NCBI RefSeq assembly: GCF_000150275.1
Contig: NW_002061000.1
Coordinates: forward strand, 15,746 to 39,563
From: Trichoplax adhaerens
Lineage: Eukaryota; Animalia; Placozoa
Direction of reading: 5' to 3'
Length of the DNA stretch: 23,818 bases
The position numbers and the translations under genes are program-made. Within the stretch, counting starts at the first letter, position 1. Every line of letters starts with the position of its first letter. The notes under the pieces are model-generated. The model did not search any database. It was given only the letters and a program-made list of their open reading frames with translations, and was not told the origin of the DNA. Below are positions 12,001 to 21,000 of this stretch, piece after piece.

Positions 12001-15000
12001 GAAACCGACTGACGAAAATTACTGCGTCTTTATATGAAAATATTCCTTACTTAACTTATCTGTTGGTGAAATTAATATGCATTAAATTTTCTTCAAACTT
12101 TTATATAAAACTTAATTGATGCAGCTACAGTAATATAGTAGCGTTGAACATCTTATAATTCATCATTAAAATTTGAAACATAAAGGATTTTAAAGTGAAC
12201 GCAAAACATGGGCGTAGAATTCATTTTTGATTTCATATCTATTTTAAAAATATTACGCTTAAGTATTGTTTGTTTGGAGTCGCATTTTTCCAATAAGTCT
12301 AAGTATTTTTCAATTTTTGTGATAGAAGTTTGGCCTTAAACAGAATAGAATCAGTTCCTGACTTTGTGTTTGCAAATTTACAAGGTCTAGAAAGCCTGTA
12401 AGGAAATAATAGGCTATTTAATTAATGTAAATTTTTAAATTATGTATTAGCTACTCAATTGTTTGAGTAACAGTTTCTGAAAAAGTCTGTAATCTTTATG
12501 ATATTACTTTAATGTTAATTGATTTAAATTGTAATAAATGTAATTGTACAAACTTACTGAAATCTTAATTTAATTAGGTGGCTTGGAAATAAGAGGTTGC
12601 AGTATCTAAATCAACAAGCGTTCTATGGATTAAGTCAGCTAAAACACCTGTACGATAAATTGCAATGTACTTTCATGTGATAATAATGCCATTAACGTGA
12701 TGAATATTTCTTGTTCATAAGTTTCTTATAGCGATTGTGACGTGTTTTCTAGAGAAATTGGCTATTGTCGAAATCTACGAACATTAAACTTCAAACTTTT
12801 TCATAATTTGAAATCACTCTTTGCTCTGTAAATATCCTAAATAAAAGTAAAAGAAAAGTTAAATGCATAGAATTTTTTCTTATTTACATCTAAATAAGAC
12901 AAGCCGTTTCAGCTTCGGTTTAAAAATCGAAATTAGTAACGCGAGCAAATGAAACAGTATCTAATTAAATTGATAAATGAGTTTCATTAAATATCTTACC
13001 GATAGTTATTTAACAATACGAGAGCATAGATTATTGAATCCTTTGTAGAATTTAGCATATGTTATCTATGGCTAGCATCTACCGCAACTTCCATTCTTTT
13101 TCATGTATTTAATTAGATATCTGAGATTTTGCAATCTCAATGCTACAGTATTCGAAGCGTCATCATTTCAACAGTTATCGGGATTGAGAGCCTTGTAAGT
13201 ATGTTATGGATATGAAATAGTTATAAATAAATATGTTATATGTTCTTAGAGTTGTCGAAGAATTTACGTGTATGAAAAGTCGATGATAGCATCAGCTTGA
13301 TAGGACTTTAAGTTGGTAAATCGCAATATGATGCCATAATTGAATTCCTACCTATATTCTCACTAATCCAAAGTTCTTAATTTATTCTTTTGCCTATTCG
13401 GGACAGTCATTTAAATTTTCTAGTTATGTCTGATTTTTGATAAGTTAACAAAATGAAATCAGCGCGCTTAAATTATTAAAATGTACGATTAATCTAGGTA
13501 TCTAGATGGCAATGATTTATCCAATATCGATGAATCCATTTTCAAGAATATGGCATTTCACAGCTTGTTAGTAATTAATGATTGCACCTTTGTTCGCTAC
13601 TGTAACAAATAATAGGTTAATTTTATCACGGATTAGTTGCATATTTAAAATTAAAATAACTGAATTTAAATAAAAAACATATTCTGAAGGTTTAAAAACT
13701 TATTATCCTGAAAATCGGCTGATTGTTACGTTATAAATTTCTGCCATTTCAATTTTATATTTGATGTTGTCATTCATAAGGGGTATAAGCTTTACCAACC
13801 TTCCTCCTACCAAAATTAATTTCATTATATCTCTGGGCGTAGATCTTACTAATCTGTAAGTATTTGTTCGCTCAAATTATCAAAGGTAAAATCGGTAATA
13901 AAGCAGTCTATATCATTTTTCTTACTAATATCCAGAATATGCTTTCATTAATTAAGGACTTCATTAAACATTTTATCATGTACTCAAGGTTCTTTATTTT
14001 TTAGACATCTGAACGGCCTTCGATTAAAGAATTTCATAAATGCTTCCTCAATTTCTAATAAAATCCAACACCTGTAAATGAAAATCATTTTCACAAATTG
14101 TTACCATTCCGCTGGTAACCTGCATTAAATTTGCTCACTAAGGCTACTATTCAGCCTTTTTAAACGTAGTCTAAGCCTAAACTAATACGATATACTCCCA
14201 GTTATAATCATGTAATAGCATCCTGCTATTGTTATTGATTCGCCTACATAACCAAAAATAGAAACAGTACAAGTGCGCAGTTTTATCGTATTAGCTGCCT
14301 ACTTCACTTCTGCAATCAACTGAGATATGTACACTCCTATAGGTATTAGAATTAAAGCTGCTGTAAGTGTATTATAGCATAGATAATCTGAGGAGAAAAA
14401 ATAGGTTATATTAAACAAGGGCACTAAAAATGTCTCAAACAGTAGCTCTTATAAACCTAGTCTATGCAAGTTAATTAGCGTCACAAATTTGCATTGCGAC
14501 AAAATAACATAATTTACGATCATTAAGTCACATCCTTAAATCATGCATCAAGGGATACTATCCACTCGATCAGAAATAATACTCAGTTGTCAACAGACAA
14601 GATTCAAGTGTCTCATAGTCGATATTAAACATAGATTCTCAAGAAATCTCTTTGTTATACGATAAATCTTAATTTATACTGTAAACGGTATACATTTCTT
14701 CAATAATTGAGGAGTCCTAGTTTACCCTTTTAGTAGTGAAGCCTTTCAGCAAATGAGATAGTGATCTTTTGCGTCATTATGTAATCAAGACAGCAAACGT
14801 TAACGAACATACCAGTAGATATCAAATGACAATACAAAATAGTCAGATTATATTAACTCCATATTGCATACACAGAATACGTATTCTCGAGTTAATCACA
14901 TTAAACCTTAAGTTAGCTTCTATCCCAACAATTTAAACTATAAGTAATGTAGATTCCGATTATTCTCAGCTGCTAAATATACAAGTAAGTATTAATTTCA

Positions 15001-18000
15001 GCACTGCTGTTTCATAATAATCTAATGCTATATTATGACACAATATATCTAAATTAAAGGCTAACTAAATTAAGTTAATTAGCCCTTAACATTGCTTCAA
15101 CATAGATATCATTATTCTTATTCATCATTGTACCTCATAATACTACACCAATTACCTAAATTGTGGCGCAATTTACTATACCGATGCGCAAAGCTTAAGG
15201 ATTTACTATGGGAATAGTATTCTATTCTACAAATTAGAATTTCATCTATACAAAATTATGGCAAACATCCTTATGTATCCGAACTCGTATCTAGAATTTT
15301 TAAAACAATGATAGTAGTAATCATTTAACCAATACGATTATATAAGCTAATAGTATAAGAAAATATAACTAAGAATTGTTTGATTGGTAAAGACAATCAT
15401 CATTACATGCTAATTCAAGTAACTGTGTGTAACATTGATTACCAACGACGCAACCTTAATAGAAATTATTCGTATTTCACGTAATTACAAACACATATTA
15501 AATACTTCGCTAGAATATACTTTATTTCATACTTGATGAAATCGACTGTACGCTTCGGTAAATGATAAAATGCTTATAGATATCTTATTACGCCAATAAG
15601 TTGTGGTCTACACGTATATCTCTCGAATAATTGTTCCACGTGGTCGTTTCGTATCTGCTTAAAATTATTAGAAATTTGGATGACAATAGTATAAGCTCCG
15701 TCCACGCATCATCGGCGCCAATACTTCGTGGTCTTAAGGAACTGTATGAAAATTGAATTAGCTAACTATAAAATCTAGATGTTACCTTCATTTATTAACT
15801 TGTTCAATATTGAAATCTATACTGTAATATGTATCTAGCACTCATCAAACCTATTTTAAATATAAAGTTGCTATAGCTTAGTAAATTCTAATACTATCAG
15901 TACCTATACTTATAAATCTAAGGTAAATAAGCATGCTTAACTTGCCAAATTTTTACTGAATTTTTTAGCTATATAAACCGAAATAATCTGGGAGATGAGG
16001 AATATGTGAAGTTGTTAACCTTAACTCCTAACCTGAAGATATTGTTAGTGAAAGATAATTAATAAGAATACAGATACATTTAAATTTACAAGTTAAACAC
16101 TTTAAAATAATACTGCCATGCGTAAAAGTAACTTTATTTAGCCGTATTTCTACATTATGTATATTAAATTTCAAGACATCGCCGTACTTGATACGGTAAT
16201 TCTTGGGTACATAAAATTCATAATATGTAGTTTATTAATAAAACTCCTTTAATGTGTCCTTAATAAGTGAAGCAACATGCATTAAAGATACTCAAAAGCT
16301 GGTTAAAAATTAAAATTTTTATCGATGCTTTAATTTAATTATAGGTTCCTAAGCAATAATAACCTTTCTGAAATCTGTCCAAAATTCCAGTCTTCAATTG
16401 CCTTTTCAAACATAATAATTCTGTTCGTATCTAAATTCGTATACCTTATAGAGAAAGCTATAAGCTTCTGTTAGCCTCCTTTCTTTATCCAAACTTGATA
16501 AAAATTAACAAATTTCAAAAAGGAGCATCGATCACAGTAGAACTTATCCATAATATTTTACCAACAAATAAAATTCTATATGCTGAGAAATGCGTATATT
16601 ACACCCTTAGATAAAACAGTAGAATTTTCCATTCTAAAATCTTTATAATTCATGAATGATCTTAAAGACTTATGTGACTTTAAAATTTTACTATCGGTTA
16701 GAGTGTACATGCTTATTGAGTAATAGTAGCCGTTTTATAGCTACCACACTATAAATTATCTAGAAATGTACTGATGATGATTTGTTAACGACTTCTAACA
16801 TATTTTTATTTATAGCTTATAATATCCATTTGCAATAAGATATACTAGGCCTAGAACTCACAATATCCCTTTCTCTAAATTAACTCTAGAGATTTAATTA
16901 AAGATCGTTAGGCCTATCCAACAGTAACACAATACTACTAACAGCCAATGATAGGTTTTGAATTAGCAATTTATTAACTCTTTCCAAGTCTTGATATCCG
17001 AGACCGTATACGATTTGCCTGACATTAATTATAAATGAGTATTTGTTATAATCAATTTCAATCTGTCTCAGATTTAAAAAATATTAACTATTGAACTACG
17101 AAGCTTAACATATTAACAACTGAATAGATACATACTTCTTCAATATCATCTTATACTAATAACCAATGTCTACGCAGCATATCACAGTATAAATTAGCTA
17201 GATTTTTAACAAAGTTTGACGTCAGTTTAGCCTAGAAGAGATATGTAGTTTACTGGGACCTCTTAGTAAAAGAGATTGGCATTATACTGACTTATACTGC
17301 AGGTTGATATCGTAGAGTACTAGCCTAACAGTAGGTTCCTAGCGTGGAAATTTTTGTAGTAGCTTTTATTTTTCTCATTACGAATATCAGCTTGTAACTA
17401 CTAGTATCTTTTTTTCTTTGTCAGTATATGAAATTGTTTAATTTCATGCTTAATTAATGGTTCATTTCGATCAGTTATTAATTAAATCGTAATATTTTAT
17501 CGACGAAGCGAGTAAACAAGGCTTCGATGGTATTTGCTGTAGTAGCCAACATCTAAATTAAAAACTTTATGTGTAGTAATCAGTTCGCATAATCATAATT
17601 TACGTATAAAAAAATATCTTAAATTTATTCAGTGCATTTATTCACTGACTTATTTTGATAATTTGCTGTCATACAAATGAAATTTTCGTTTCGTAATGCA
17701 CATGATATATATTTCTAGAAGTAAATAGAGTGTGGTAGTATATTACAATATGTATAGTTCAGGAAGATGACTATCTTAATTTAAAGTTATATTAGATTTT
17801 TAAAATGCTTGATTTATTATAATTATTACCGGTAACGCCTGTGAAATATCTCAAAGAAACATTCTATTAAACATGAAATAGTAATTAAATTTTAAAATTA
17901 ATAGAAATCTCAATGGCAATAACGTCGAAAAATTAGATAGCTATTGCTTTTGGAATATGCCTGAACTCAATAGCCTGTAAGTCAAATTTTACAATTTGTA

Positions 18001-21000
18001 GTAACTAATTCTAGTAATGCAGTAACTGAAATTGACGTTCGGTCTCAGATGATAATTTAAAATTTAGCATCAGAAATAAAGAAATTTCGGATGCCTGCAA
18101 TATCTAAAATATAGCTGATAATTGAAATGGTTTTCTCAATTTATATTTTACGTATAATTATTTGCAGGTTTTTGATAGATAATCCTATAATAACTTTTAA
18201 TGACCGTTCTTTTGGTGGTATAGAAGGCTTTCGAAGTTTGTAAGTACGCACACATGAGTACAGTAATATCTCCTATTCTTACGTAGTTAGATAAGTATGT
18301 TCTATAATTAAAACTGAATATTAGTAATTACTTTTACCAACATATGTACGGTTGCTTTTTCGACACTGCGTGACTCTTTTAGCGTAATTTATCACGTTCA
18401 GTATACTACATTACGATATACATACCATTGATTGTCTCTGCAATCAAATTAATTCTATTTCGCTAATTCACGTATCCAAAAATTTATTCATAACATTAAG
18501 TTAACGATAAGAAAAGGCCTCGGTTTTATTAGGCCGATAAATTTATTGTAATTCTATTGCTTAATATCTAGTTGACATAGCGTACTTCTAAGTGGATAAA
18601 TGGTTAGATGAAGATTTTAAAACAAAAAGTTGTATACGTACTTTTAACTCAAGGCTACTTAGAATAATAGCAACGGAGTATGGAAAGTAAAAGTTCCCAC
18701 AGTTTCTTCCTCTAAATGCTACAACGAAACGATTTATAAAGCGATCATGCAGAAATAAATTTTCCTAAATTTAATGTTTCTCTCTACCTACCAGAAGTCC
18801 ATGCAACAGTTTATACTCGACGTTGAGTTCACAAAATTATTTGTTAAAAGATATTTAGAATCAATACAATTCATTTTATTTCATTTTTTTAATTCATGGC
18901 TGTAATAATTATACCTATGTTACGAAGCAAAGCACCGTACATGCTAATTAAATAGATTTTGTTAGTATTTAGCTAATGGATCATATTGGTAATTGATAAT
19001 TGAAATTAAGAATATTAATATCTAGATTGCTAGACAACAAAGGCATAAATGCATTTTGCAATTAATTAGTAGAGCCTATATAGATATTAATAATGGTGGT
19101 ACGTTAGCATCCGCTGCGATTATCGTACAAAGCCTCAAGGGTCTAATTGGCTATTAATTCGTTATTGCTAATTAAAGTTGTCTACGTATTTGTATCTATA
19201 GTAAACTATATAGTTCATTGAGGCTTGTCCTCCTATACAAATTATGTAAATCTTATATTGTCAAGTTACTATGTGTGCACCAATAATTTAGTGGAAGGGT
19301 ATAAAAGGAAGAGCGAATGCTCAGTTCCTGAGTTCTTTATTAGATCGTGTACGAGAAGGTACTCGGCTACTCTATTAATAAATACTATACTAATCTTGTA
19401 GAACAGTCTTATCCCTGTGTGACCGTAAGTAGTATATAACTACCATACAGTAGAACTCCTGGTGTAGTGGAGCAAGGCATAAGTAATCTATTAGTTTAGT
19501 GTAGTAGTTCATAACATAAATTTGTGACAACCTAGTAAAGGTCGAATTAAGCATAAATTAGCCTTGGAACAGCTATCTTCTTCTAATTTGGATTTTTCCT
19601 CGTCTATTAACTATAGACATTCGACCCGTGAATATTTGTGTTGCATTGTGCCATCCACAGTGATTGTGTGTAGACCAAATCCGAATCAATTTAGCTTATC
19701 TACATGCTATGATATTCTATCGCATGATTTATTGCGAATATTTATCTGGGTAATTGGTATAATTTCAGTCGTTGGTAACATGATTTCTATAAGGTGGCAT
19801 TCTCAAAAAAAATCTTCTAAAATACTTGGAATAGTAGAAATACTATTAATTAACTTATNNNNNNNNNNNNNNNNNNNNNNNNNNNNNNNNNNNNNNNNNN
19901 NNNNNNNNNNNNNNNNNNNNNNNNNNNNNNNNNNNNNNNNNNNNNNNNNNNNNNNNNTCGCTTATCTAGTAAACTACTATTCTAGCGTTAGTAACTTTTT
20001 GGATAACATCAATCACATTGTCTGGATTACCAATTATTTATAGCATAGATCAACCATCAATTAATCGTCTATATTCTAGTAATAGTGCATGCTTGCCTGG
20101 TAATTTTAATAATCCATATTTATTAACATGGCTATTATGTTATGCTGGATTAACCTTCGTCGTTTGGATTCTTATTGCAATCATGTATGTCGCAATTCTA
20201 TCGACACTAGCAAATTCACGGAAAAAGGCTCATAGATGTTTATCAAAGAATGATAAGATTATTCGGGCTAAAATGATTATTATCGTAGCAACGGATTTAA
20301 TTTGCTGGCTACCATTATATTCAGTATTAATTCGAGGTTTTGGTTCTGGATTAGACACGCATTCATTGCCCTTTATTGCGGTTTTATCATTGCCACTAAA
20401 TTCTTGTATTAATCCAATTCTTTATACGATCTGTACAAGTACTTTTATCAATTACATCAATTTGGCTATTGGAAAGTTAAATTGCTGTTCATGTTTAGCA
20501 TTCTCTCGATCAATTCGTGAGTCAACTCAAGGTAGGTAACTACAAGCAAGTAAGTTAAGGCTTATTTTTCAAGTAAGGTGATTGATGTACTTCTGAAACC
20601 TTATTACATACGATTTTTAAAACTATTATGCAATAGTATACGTCTCAATAACTACAAAACAGTGTATAGCTATTAAACTTGCATACTTTCACAATGAAGT
20701 GTATTCCTTAGTTAAACGATAACAAAATAATTCTGTTTTAGATATTTATACCGGCTCAATTCATCCATCACATGTCATCGCGCTCTCCAGTAATCCTGAT
20801 CTATCTAAGGTAATCTTTTTGGATGATCGACGAGAAATTTTTTACGTTCAGAACCAAAAATCTTACACACTTGATTTTGCCTAACATAGTTATTCCTTAT
20901 TTCTTATTGAAAACCATAAATGATCTTGGCTTCAGAAAGATTTATTTTAAAATCTTTAATATTCAACTCAATCAAAAATTTTATTCGTCTAATATTTGTT

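Noticed and set aside
16840-17345. Weak inverted similarity between GC-richer patches in intron 34 (possible MITE)
   Set aside because: Only short scattered matches; no definable terminal repeats or TSD
956-18239. CRISPR-like or tandem DNA repeat periodicity
   Set aside because: The periodicity is exon-level and protein-level (LRR); there are no identical nucleotide repeats, and the sequence is eukaryotic
19564-20539. Two separate ORFs (159 aa and 173 aa)
   Set aside because: Two halves of one 7TM exon split by the N gap and frameshift; their TTG starts are artefacts
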